Origin: Candidatus Poribacteria bacterium
GTDB lineage: Bacteria > Poribacteria > WGA-4E > PCPOR2b
Length of the DNA: 64,000 bases
Reading direction: 5' to 3'
Assembly (NCBI GenBank): GCA_965218095.1
Contig: OZ244587.1
Coordinates: 5,056,001-5,120,000, forward strand
In this document: positions 21,184 through 30,628 of the stretch, in pieces
How the letters are laid out: each line of letters starts with the position of its first letter
Position numbering within the stretch: the first letter of the stretch is position 1
Translations under genes and position numbers: made by a program
Notes under the pieces: model-generated
Told to the model about the DNA's origin: nothing
The model's input: only the letters and a program-made list of their open reading frames with translations
Databases searched by the model: none

Positions 21184-21692
21184 TAATCAGCACAAGTCGT
21201 AAAATTAGTAATATGGGGGGGGCTTTTCATTAAGGAATGGCTTTCAGCTTACAGTGGGGTTCACCAGCGGAGCAGGTTGGGTTGAGAAACAAAACCCAAC
21301 AAGTCCAAGTGAGATGAAGTTGGGTTTAACGAGTGTTCAAAACCGACTCGTGTTGAAGGCTAATCCGCCAGTTTTTTTGGAGAATTAAATCGCCCTGCTG
21401 TGCCAGTTTCCCGGTTGCGTCTTCAGTCGTGTGTGTGATAGAATATTCCTGTGCATCATGCGATAGACCGAAAAGAGGAATATTTTGCGCTTGCACTTTA
21501 TTCCATGTAGTGGTATGCTCACTCGGATACCTTCTCTCCGAGTGAGTAATTTGAGTCGCTTAATAGCGCGGATTAACAGAATGTTACAGATCTCTGCTCA
21601 AAAAATCCGCGACGTTCTGACGGACTGTGCTATTTCCTCTCATATGTGGGAACTTAGGTCCTTACATAACAACAATATTTAAGGAGAAATTT

Positions 21693-23105
21693 ATGCATCG
21701 AAATAAGCAGTTCGCTATTTGGATAGGAATTTTATTGTTTGCCTTTAGCCTGACGATTTATGGACAGGCTGAACAAGCCGAAATCCCACAGAGTGGAACA
21801 GCAAAAGCACTTTTATACGGCGGCCCACCTGACCCGGAAGAACTGGCGTTGAGTAAAGCAGGTCTTTCAGGGCTTGGATTAACTTTCATTGATGGTGACC
21901 CGTTCTTCCGATTCCAATTGCAGCCGGATATAGATCTCGGCAAAGTTGGGCTTGGACTGGATGTTGTGCTACTTTACAACCCAGAACCCGATCCGAAGCC
22001 TGATGGCACCGAGGGAGATAAAATTCTCGCCGAAGATGGCGAAGAGTGGGATAACATAAGTACCATCCTGCGAGTTGTTCGCTATGTGCGGTATGGGCAT
22101 CTTGGTGAGCCGTTTTATGCCCGCTTTGGTGAGTTAGACTATGTCACTATTGGTCATGGATTCATCATGTCCGGCTACTCGAACTACGATCGGCGAGGTT
22201 TGCGCCTGAACCTCAGCACGAAAACGAAGAAGGTTGGCATAGAAACGGTTATCAACAACCTCGGCGATCCAACCGTCTTTGGCGGGCGAGTGTTTGTTCG
22301 ACCCTTGCAAGAGGAGGAGGGCGGCACGCAAATCCTCAACAGCCTTGAATTCGGCGCAACCTATTTGACGGACATCGATCCGCAGCCGCTCGTTGAAGGC
22401 GAGGATCTGCTTATCGCATTGGGCGCCGATGTCGGCCTCCCGCTCATTAACAACAAGCTCCTGCGCGTAGACCTGTACGATGACGTGGCTTTCCTGAACA
22501 CAAAATCGAAGGTGGATGGATCTGGGGAAACCGAAATCGCGACGGGAAACGCCGTCGGACTCGGTGCGTCGATCTCTAAAGCCTTGTTCAAGGTGGAGTA
22601 TCGTATCTTTGGCGAAGGATTCCAGCCAACCATTTTTGACTACACCTACGATTCTGCCAAGCCCGACTTTCTGGGAATGAATGACGATGATGACGGCGAA
22701 GCAAAACAGGGCTACTTCTCAATGCTTGCCGTGAAGCCGATCTCAAAGGTCGATTTCCTGGCGACTTTTGAGGACTATACGACCACAGAGCCGAAGCTAT
22801 ACGCCGGCATTACGGAATCCGGTTTAGTAGACAAGCTGTCATTCCGGGCATTTTACGTCAAGCGCAACATCGGCGAGCCAGATAAAAAAGGGAGTGAAGA
22901 CCCAGGCTTTTTCAAAGATCTCTTCCGCCTCGATAATAAATCCGCGTTCATCGTGCGACTCGGATATGAGATCATTCCCAGGTTTGAAGTTGCTATTATT
23001 CGTGAATACCGTTTCCAGCAGGTGGAAGATATAGACAGAGGGACACACTTCAAACCAATCCACAAGACCTCGGTTGAGGCTGGTTTCAATCTCAATTTTC
23101 GATAG
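21693..23105 (+). CDS. Exported hypothetical protein, probable outer-membrane beta-barrel
   Basis: AAGGAG RBS, signal peptide, alternating amphipathic beta strands, C-terminal ...EAGFNLNFR. Confidence 0.7.
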   Translation: MHRNKQFAIWIGILLFAFSLTIYGQAEQAEIPQSGTAKALLYGGPPDPEELALSKAGLSGLGLTFIDGDPFFRFQLQPDIDLGKVGLGLDVVLLYNPEPDPKPDGTEGDKILAEDGEEWDNISTILRVVRYVRYGHLGEPFYARFGELDYVTIGHGFIMSGYSNYDRRGLRLNLSTKTKKVGIETVINNLGDPTVFGGRVFVRPLQEEEGGTQILNSLEFGATYLTDIDPQPLVEGEDLLIALGADVGLPLINNKLLRVDLYDDVAFLNTKSKVDGSGETEIATGNAVGLGASISKALFKVEYRIFGEGFQPTIFDYTYDSAKPDFLGMNDDDDGEAKQGYFSMLAVKPISKVDFLATFEDYTTTEPKLYAGITESGLVDKLSFRAFYVKRNIGEPDKKGSEDPGFFKDLFRLDNKSAFIVRLGYEIIPRFEVAIIREYRFQQVEDIDRGTHFKPIHKTSVEAGFNLNFR

Positions 23106-23302
23106 TTCGTAGATTCTAAACAACCCCAGATAAATGGATGTTTCCTTATCCATTTTGTAATGCCACTTTTATGGAAGTATGAAAGGAAAAGAGGGAGAGG
23201 AAGGAATGGAAGGAGAGAAGTAAGATTCTGTCTTCCTTCCTTTTCTTTCCGTCTTCTGGCAAAAATAGACCTCTACGGATTGCCAAATTAGCAATTCTAA
23301 CA

Positions 23303-24061
23303 ATGAACGGATGGCTAGAACCCCTGATCACGTTTATCTACCCTACGAAATGCCGACGCTGTGAGATGCCGATGGGCGTTGGTCAGGTTCGCTACCTTTG
23401 CGATGACTGTTGGCAACAGATTGAATTTCTCAAAACCCCGTGGTGTGAAATCTGTGGAACGCCTCTCAGCCTTCCACGTCACTCGCCTCAACACCGTAAT
23501 CTGATCTGTACCGATTGTCGAGAGCAACCACCGTTGTATGGCAAATTTCGCACGATTGCTTTTTACGAACCCACCCTGCGCGAAGCCATCCATCTTTTGA
23601 AATATAACAAAAAACAGATCTTCGCAAAGCATCTGATCCAATTGCTGCAAGCGCATTTCCCAGAAGATCTCGCTAACATAGCCTACGATGCTCTAATCCC
23701 AATTCCCCTCCACTCCAACCGTTTCCGCGACAGAGGATTTAACCAATCGGAGCAAATTGCTCAAGGCGTCGCACAAGTTTGGGGTATACCAATCCGCACC
23801 GATATTCTCGTCCGTATCAGGGATACGGCCCCACAAAGCAGTCTAAGCTCTCGCGAAGAACGTATGAAAAATACCGCGGGGGCTTTTGAGATTCGTTTGC
23901 CGTATTTAATCCAAGATCGAAAAATCTTACTAATCGACGATATTTTTACGACAGGGACAACGATCAATGAGGCGTTGAAGGTTCTGCGGACAGCGAACCC
24001 TGAGTGTGTTGATGTGTTGACGCTTACCCGCACAAAGCCAAACAGCGTAAAAAAGGATTGA
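23303..24061 (+). CDS. comF: ComF family protein (double zinc ribbon + phosphoribosyltransferase)
   Basis: CxxC motifs, IPIPLH..R..DRGFNQSE, LLIDDIFTTGTT. Confidence 0.9.
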   Translation: MNGWLEPLITFIYPTKCRRCEMPMGVGQVRYLCDDCWQQIEFLKTPWCEICGTPLSLPRHSPQHRNLICTDCREQPPLYGKFRTIAFYEPTLREAIHLLKYNKKQIFAKHLIQLLQAHFPEDLANIAYDALIPIPLHSNRFRDRGFNQSEQIAQGVAQVWGIPIRTDILVRIRDTAPQSSLSSREERMKNTAGAFEIRLPYLIQDRKILLIDDIFTTGTTINEALKVLRTANPECVDVLTLTRTKPNSVKKD

Positions 24062-24086
24062 TCAAAAACAGGTCTTGTGATATAAT
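24058..24086 (+). promoter_or_regulatory. Sigma70-like promoter, now separated from the downstream gene by an IS5 element
   Basis: TTGATC-17 nt-TATAAT with extended TG. Confidence 0.5.
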
Positions 24087-24106
24087 GCTAAACCATTATC
24101 AAACTA

Positions 24107-24926
24107 GGTTCTGTTGACATTTGAGTATAAGGTTGTGGCATAATAGAAGAATGATGCCAATAACCTTACCCGATGACCAATGGAAAAAGATATACTCGTT
24201 TCTTCTAACTTGTCCCACCATCTATGTTGGCAACGAAGCGACAACACGCCGCTTTATCGAAACTGTTCTCTGGGCGACCCGTAGCGGTGCTCAATGGAGA
24301 CTTCTGCCAGACACCTATGGTAAATCGAACACCCTCTATAAGCGGTTTGCTCGGTGGTGCGACAAAGGGGTCTTCACACAGATCCACCCCCACTTCGCCG
24401 CCGACCCCGATATCGAGTCGCTTATTGTGGACAGTACAATCATTCGAGCGCACCCGTGTGCGGCGGGTGCCGAAAAAAAAAGGGTGGCACTGAAAATCAA
24501 GCGTTAGGCTGCTCTCGCGGGGGATTCAGTACAAAAATTCACATCACAGTTGACGGCCTGGGTAATCCCCTAAGAATACATCTGACGCCCGGTCAAAGAA
24601 ACGACATAGCGGAAGCAGAAGGGTTGATACTTGGATATAAAAGCGAGTATGTGATTGGAGACAAGGGATATGACTCCGACAATTTTATCGCTGTTATTGA
24701 GGCGAATGGAGCGATTGCGGTGATACCGCCCAAAAGTCATCGTGTGGATCAAAGAGATTACGACAAACATCTGTACAAAGAGAGACATCGGGTTGAATGT
24801 TTCATTAACAAGATAAAATGGTATCGCCGCATCTTCTCTCGGTTCGAGAAGTTAGCTATCCGTTATTTTGGATTTCTCAGCTTTGTCTCCACTCTTATAT
24901 GGCTCCCTTGAAATGTCAACAGAACC
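24107..24926 (+). mobile_element. IS5-family element (IS427-like), 820 bp
   Basis: Inverted repeats GGTTCTGTTGACATTT / AAATGTCAACAGAACC in CTAG context (TA duplication); two-ORF transposase. Confidence 0.92.
24151..24911 (+). CDS. IS5-family transposase, OrfA/OrfB joined by probable -1 programmed frameshift
   Basis: OrfA W..RSGAQWRLLP..YG, VDSTIIRAH; A9G at 24473-24482; OrfB SRGGFSTKIH, GDKGYDSD, RHRVECFINKIK. Confidence 0.88.
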
Positions 24927-25156
24927 TAGCACCATTAGTTATTAAGGAGCCTCTTGCAGCAACGATCAATGACGGGGCGTCCAAGATGGGCTCGTCTTCC
25001 GCTACCTCGATTTTAGGATTGGTTACAACCGGCGACGCGAGCATAGATGCGGCTGCAAAGGCTGGTGGAATTACCAAAATCCACCACGTTGATTTCCAAA
25101 TGAAAAGCATCCTGTTCTTTTATATGAAGGCGACTGTCACCGTATATGGGGAGTAA
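24926..25156 (+). pseudogene. TRL-like family protein, N-terminus missing
   Basis: SKMGSSSATSILGLVTTGDASIDAAAKAGGITKIHHVD...TVTVYGE; no signal peptide upstream in frame. Confidence 0.65.
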
Positions 25157-25210
25157 ACGAATCGCCAAAGAAACGTATACGGTCGATGGCGATCTATCAG
25201 ATATAATCTC

Positions 25211-25251
25211 AAGCCCTTGCATGGTTCATCTCCATGCGAGGGCTTCTTTTT
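25211..25251 (+). terminator. Intrinsic terminator
   Basis: AAGCCCTTGCATGG / CCATGCGAGGGCTT stem followed by CTTTTT, between convergent genes. Confidence 0.7.
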
Positions 25252-25291
25252 GATTATAAAAATCTGGGATGGTTCAAACACATATCACATC

Positions 25292-26074
25292 CTATACCTC
25301 AATCGCCCCATCAAACTCCCGATCAATCTTAATCATCCCTTTCGCTGCGAAACTGCGGATGAGGCTCACGATTGATTGTTTCGCCGTGTCAGCAACCTGT
25401 GTTTGTTTAAAAGTCAACTGACCCATTTTCGTTTCCACATCGGCTGCTGATTCCGCCGATAGGTTGCGCAGGGATTTGTCTCGAATCGTTGACGGGGCAT
25501 CATGAAGCGCTAGAGCAATCGTGCTTGCATCCAGCACCTGCAAGATCGCGCGGACGGCAGAATCGTTCAAAGTTGCCAGATCTTTGAAGGTAAAGATCTG
25601 CTCGTGAATCTGGTTGACCAAATCAGGTTGCCTTTCCGCCAGGGATTCCAACAACCGATTTTGTTCATCGATTTTCATCTGAGACATCAGTCTGACGAGG
25701 TTCGACGCCCCATCACCAAAAACAGTGGTGTGCTTCGCCGCCGTGACGATTCGCTCCGTCAAGCGAGTATAGATCTCCTGAACTCTTTCTGACGTTGCGA
25801 TTTCGGTCGTTGCAGCATTTTCAGCGACTGTGGTCTGTTTGGCGGGAGGGAGGTCAACGAGAATTTGGGAGGCATGTTTGGCGAGGGTCCGGGAGGCGTG
25901 TTCAAGCGCCAGCAAAAAAATAGCAAGATCTGCATCATCTTCGTCTTTGAGTGCGAGACGGACAATCCGTGCATCCGTTTTTTCGAGAAGGTCGGTCAAC
26001 TCCTCAACGGGTATGCCTTCTAAGGTTTCTTCAAACAATTCGTGCCCTCCTTTCTCCGGGAACAATTGTGCCAA
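25292..26074 (-). CDS. FliG middle/C-terminal domain protein
   Basis: G....LVRLM......E..LL..L....PDL...I...IFTFKDL..L.D..VR.IL...D..TIALAL pattern of FliG_C. Confidence 0.75.
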   Translation of the reverse strand: MAQLFPEKGGHELFEETLEGIPVEELTDLLEKTDARIVRLALKDEDDADLAIFLLALEHASRTLAKHASQILVDLPPAKQTTVAENAATTEIATSERVQEIYTRLTERIVTAAKHTTVFGDGASNLVRLMSQMKIDEQNRLLESLAERQPDLVNQIHEQIFTFKDLATLNDSAVRAILQVLDASTIALALHDAPSTIRDKSLRNLSAESAADVETKMGQLTFKQTQVADTAKQSIVSLIRSFAAKGMIKIDREFDGAIEV

Positions 26075-26112
26075 TCAAGGAAACGCCGGCGCTGGCATAC
26101 GTCAATCCCTGT

Positions 26113-26472
26113 TCAGTCATCCGAGTTATTGGATCCCTTTCGTTTTTCCATGCACTGATTGAAGGATGCTAAACGCCGGTTGTCGATTGCAGCCATGATC
26201 GTATCCATCTTTAAAAGGGAAGCGACCAATAACACGACGCAAACCCCGACAGTGATTAACATTGCTTGCTCTGCAGCAGCCTGTGGAGACACCGTGGAGC
26301 TGACTTTTTGAACGAGAAAGATCATCGGTTGATACAGGATCATGCCGAGGATTGCGCAGATGACAATGGCATAAAAAGTGAACCTCCCCTGTGATGTTGA
26401 CATGTGTCTTCTGGCGCTCTGAAAAGGGTGGGAAGGCCCAGCTCGCCTTTCTCTTCTTAATCTGTTTTGCAT
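26113..26472 (-). CDS. Small membrane protein (2 TM)
   Basis: Two hydrophobic segments; GAGG RBS; follows purF. Confidence 0.65.
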   Translation of the reverse strand: MQNRLRRERRAGPSHPFQSARRHMSTSQGRFTFYAIVICAILGMILYQPMIFLVQKVSSTVSPQAAAEQAMLITVGVCVVLLVASLLKMDTIMAAIDNRRLASFNQCMEKRKGSNNSDD

Positions 26473-26558
26473 TGGATTTCCTCATGTATTGCGGATTGCG
26501 CAAAACGTAGAGCGGGCACATCTTTTGGACGCATATTTCTCGGTTTACGTTTTGCGCA

Positions 26559-28019
26559 TCACGTTTCACGTCCCGGTTCAGTCGTAAAATCAAGAGGAAG
26601 TTGTGGAGTTGGTTGTCCACTAAATTCAACAGGATAGTTTCCGTCAAAGCAAGCTGTGCAAAAATCCTTGGGTGATTTCGTGCACTTGAGCATGCCTTCA
26701 ATGCTGAGGTATCCCAAACTATCCGCACGAACGTATTTACAGGTTTCTTCAATTGTGTGTGAGCTGGCGATTAATTCTTTGCGTGTGGGTGTATCGATGC
26801 CGTAGAAGCAGGGAAATTTATTCGGTGGGGAGGCGATACGGACGTGAACCTCCGTGGCGCCGCCCTGGCGGACCATCTTCACAAATTTTCGGCTTTCGGT
26901 GCCCCGCATAATCGAATCATCAACCACCACAACGCGCTTGCCTTCAAGCACATCGCGAATCGGGTTCAATTTCACCTTGACCATCAGTTCACGAATCTCT
27001 TGCGAGGGGTTCATGAAGGCTCGTCCCACATAAGAATTCCGATATAGTCCGATGTCAAACGGAATGCCAGATTCCTTTGAATATCCCAATGCGGAGAGCA
27101 TCGCCGAATCCGGTACAGGAATTACGATGTCCGCATCCGCAGGGCACTCACGCGCGAGTTGCCTGCCGAGTTCACGTCTCGGACGGTTGACGAGCTCACC
27201 GAACACAACACTATCTGGGCGCGAGAGATAAATATACTCAAAAATACATTGCGCTAGATAAGGCTGTGTCTGACCAAATATGAACGATTGCGGTTCTCCA
27301 GCCGTGCTGGTAATAATAACCATTTCGCCGGGAGTAATCTCACGGATCGGCTCCGCTTCAATGACATCGAAAGCACAGGTTTCAGAAGCGAGAACGTACG
27401 CATCATCAGCACGGCCCAACCAGAGTGGACGGAAACCGTAAACATCCCGGACGCCAATCAGGATAGATTTTCCCATACAGATGAGTGAGTAAGCGCCACG
27501 AACCTCTTTCAGGGCATCCATGATCCGATCTTCCAGCAACATCTGTTGAGAGCGGGCAATGAGGTGGGCGATAACTTCTGTATCGGAAGTGGATCTAAAG
27601 ATTGAACCTATGTCTTCGAGGTCATTGCGGATGCGCTGGGCGTTAACAAGATTTCCGTTGTGTGCAATTGCGAGGGGACCTCGCTTGTATTCCCAAATCA
27701 TCGGCTGTGCGTTCTGGAGATTGCTTGCTCCCATTGTCGAATACCGATTGTGCCCGATTGCAATGTTTCCCTCCAGATTTGCCAACGTATCCGAATCAAA
27801 GATGTTCGCAACAAGCCCCATGCCATGACGATGAGAAAACAAATGACCATCTGAAGCGACGATTCCAGCACTTTCCTGACCACGATGCTGAAGGGCGCGT
27901 AAGCCCAGGTAAGTGAATTCGACTGCTTTTGGGTGTCCCAAAATGCCGAAAACCCCACACTCCTCCTTTGGCTTATCATCAAATGCATCAAAATATTCCA
28001 TATTTGGATGATTCTCCAA
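26559..28019 (-). CDS. purF: Amidophosphoribosyltransferase
   Basis: EECGVFG, LQHRGQESAG, GHNRYST, HNGNL, CIFEYIY, VDDSIMRG, CFYGID, CTACF. Confidence 0.97.
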   Translation of the reverse strand: MENHPNMEYFDAFDDKPKEECGVFGILGHPKAVEFTYLGLRALQHRGQESAGIVASDGHLFSHRHGMGLVANIFDSDTLANLEGNIAIGHNRYSTMGASNLQNAQPMIWEYKRGPLAIAHNGNLVNAQRIRNDLEDIGSIFRSTSDTEVIAHLIARSQQMLLEDRIMDALKEVRGAYSLICMGKSILIGVRDVYGFRPLWLGRADDAYVLASETCAFDVIEAEPIREITPGEMVIITSTAGEPQSFIFGQTQPYLAQCIFEYIYLSRPDSVVFGELVNRPRRELGRQLARECPADADIVIPVPDSAMLSALGYSKESGIPFDIGLYRNSYVGRAFMNPSQEIRELMVKVKLNPIRDVLEGKRVVVVDDSIMRGTESRKFVKMVRQGGATEVHVRIASPPNKFPCFYGIDTPTRKELIASSHTIEETCKYVRADSLGYLSIEGMLKCTKSPKDFCTACFDGNYPVEFSGQPTPQLPLDFTTEPGRET

Positions 28020-28020
28020 T

Positions 28021-28641
28021 TTATCGAGTTTTCCGCCATCGCATGGCGGCTGAAAATCTTGATAATGCTGGGATTTGGGTTAGATCTGATCTGACGATGT
28101 TCGCGTCCGTTCCGACGAGTCTATAGCCAAGAATTGCCCCAATCGGCGCAGCAACGATGTACAATAGTTCGGGAGGACATTTTATCGCTAGCAGTATGCG
28201 AAGTGGTAGAGATACAATAAAGGCAAGCAACTGCGCTATAGCTAACAGCAGGTAAAACAGTAAGTTCGAGGCAACCAGCGTTTCCCAATGAATATTCAGC
28301 AGTAACATCAACGCAACTATGGCTGGTGCGCCAAGAAAAGTGCCTTGATAGGTGCTCTTGCGACCTATGCTAACGCCAAACCGGCGTCCGGCAAATATGA
28401 CGCCTTCAGCAACACCGGCAATGGCGCTCCCGTAGGTCACACCAAAGGAGATGAGCAGGACTAAACCCACCCAAAAACCGGACTGTACGCGATCGCCGAT
28501 TAAGCCTTTCCAGACGAGCTGTTCTACTAGGAAGAAGCAGAGCCAGCCGCTCACTAACCCGATAAAACTACCTGATACAATCTGGCTTGCTGTAAGAGCA
28601 ATTGTGTTTTTTCGAAGCATACAAATCTCCTGAGAGATCAA
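28021..28641 (-). CDS. Hypothetical multi-pass membrane protein
   Basis: Several hydrophobic helices; stop codon directly precedes the purF start. Confidence 0.7.
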   Translation of the reverse strand: MISQEICMLRKNTIALTASQIVSGSFIGLVSGWLCFFLVEQLVWKGLIGDRVQSGFWVGLVLLISFGVTYGSAIAGVAEGVIFAGRRFGVSIGRKSTYQGTFLGAPAIVALMLLLNIHWETLVASNLLFYLLLAIAQLLAFIVSLPLRILLAIKCPPELLYIVAAPIGAILGYRLVGTDANIVRSDLTQIPALSRFSAAMRWRKTR

Positions 28642-28972
28642 GATTTTATGGGGAGATTATATCATGGTGTTGTACTTCTGTCAACCTGAAGTGGGAACGT
28701 GAAACGTAAAACGTGAAGATGGCGCCTGCCCGCTTACTCACTTTGCAGGGCAATTTTGCAAATGCAGACTTACGCAGTTCATTATCGTACCAACCGCGTA
28801 ATTTCTAAGATTATTGCATCCTAAAGACCTTACAAACCTCAACGATTGGCATTTAAGATCCCTCCTTACCAAAAAGTGACTTTATTATACCAGACGGGTG
28901 AAGTCGGTAGCAAATCTCTTGATTTCCGTTCAAAGATCTGTTAAGATACATCGCTGAATTCCAAAATGAGAG

Positions 28973-29779
28973 ATGCGAATTATTTCGGTCCCATGCAAAC
29001 CTTTTCAAGGGTTAAATAGGTTAGAAATGGAAACCTGCTGCATCGATCTTGAAATTGCACCAATTGGCAAAATCCCGATTTTCCTCAAGAAGTGGGGACG
29101 TGGGCCCAAAGTGTTGCTCGTGCACGGCTGGCTGTCCAGCAGTCGGAGATGGCATCATTTTGGTGAGCATTTTGCACGACACTACGAAGTATGGGCGCTG
29201 GATCTGCCCGCGTCTGGAGAAACACCGGCACTTCCACAACATCATACAACACTAGAGACTTACGCAGAAATTCTCGCCAGACTCATCAACCACCTTACGG
29301 ATGGAAAAAGATTACACAGTTTAGTGGGACATTCGATGGGCGGGCTGCTCTCACTCCTCTCGATTCAGAATCACCCTAGCTTCTGCACGTGCGTGATCGT
29401 ATGTGGCGCCCCTGTGGTAGGGGTTAGATACCTCAAGCCCCTCACAGATCTCGAAGACTTTGTCGCAAAGTGTCTTCTTACAGCGCAATCGCTGCCGATA
29501 GTGCGAAAGTGTATCGGAGATGCCAATGTACATGCTGCGGCAGTCCTTCTGAAGCAGCTTTGTGCATGTAATGTTTTGAACCAACTCAAGCCAAGCCCAG
29601 CGAACGTACTTGTTGCCCGTGGAGAACATGATCCTTATCTTTCTCCCACAGCCGCCGAGCAGTTAGCCGAAAAGCTCGGCGGATTATTTTACGAATTTCA
29701 GGGGGCGTATCACTCCCCAATGACTGAACAACCGGACGATTTTCATCGGGTGGCTGGAGGTTTCTTGGATAAAGCGTAA
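28973..29779 (+). CDS. Alpha/beta fold hydrolase
   Basis: LVHGW, GHSMGG nucleophile elbow, GEHD, AYHSP. Confidence 0.88.
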   Translation: MRIISVPCKPFQGLNRLEMETCCIDLEIAPIGKIPIFLKKWGRGPKVLLVHGWLSSSRRWHHFGEHFARHYEVWALDLPASGETPALPQHHTTLETYAEILARLINHLTDGKRLHSLVGHSMGGLLSLLSIQNHPSFCTCVIVCGAPVVGVRYLKPLTDLEDFVAKCLLTAQSLPIVRKCIGDANVHAAAVLLKQLCACNVLNQLKPSPANVLVARGEHDPYLSPTAAEQLAEKLGGLFYEFQGAYHSPMTEQPDDFHRVAGGFLDKA

Positions 29780-29886
29780 TGGAATTTCATGGAGTACAGA
29801 TCGTTCGGCTTCACTCAGGAGGTCATTACTTGCTTCGCGGATTCGCCTGTTTTTAACCGCAATCTTCCCGATGAAAGGAGTATCTA

Positions 29887-30521
29887 TGGATGATCTACTG
29901 TTTCAATCTGGTGAAAAAGTGCTTTTTATTGGCGACAGCATTACCGACTGCGGGCGTCGCGGCGACCATGCCCCCCTTGGCAATGGCTATGTGAGACGTA
30001 TAACTGAGCTAATCACCGCGAAGTATCCTGAACGTCGAATCGAATATGTCAACAGAGGCATTGGCGGCGATGTTGTTGAAGGGTTGGAAGCGCGGTGGGA
30101 AGCGGACGTAATCGCCGAAAAACCGAACTGGCTTTCGGTCAAGATCGGCATTAACAACGCTAGCCGACAACTGAATGCCGGTATTCCAAACGAAGAATAT
30201 CTCCCGGAGTGGGAGGCGTGCTATCGACGCATCCTGGCGCGTGCGCGAGATGAATTGAATGCAGAACTTTTTATGTTCGAGCTCTTTTATATTGAGGAAG
30301 ATGTCGAGGCGCCACGCCCGTTGGCTGTCGATGCCTACAATGAGATTATTCATCGACTCGCTGACGAATTTAACGCGCGATCGATCCGGACCAACGAAGC
30401 GTTTGATCGCGCTGTGGCTGTATGTCCGGGCGCATTGTGGACGACGCAGGATGGCGTTCACCCCAATCCGGAGGGTCATACACTGATGGCGTTGGAGTTT
30501 CTCAAACAGGTGGGCTGGTAG
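29887..30521 (+). CDS. SGNH/GDSL hydrolase
   Basis: FIGDSITD, NRGIGG, IGINN, DGVHP; AAGGAG RBS before ATG 29887. Confidence 0.92.
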
Positions 30522-30628
30522 AGCGTGAAACGTGATGCGTAACAGGGATTCAAATGGCATCCCCGCCTCCCTATATCCTCGTATCACAGCTAGCTTTCAA
30601 ACAACAATGGAGAAGGTGAGAAACGGAT

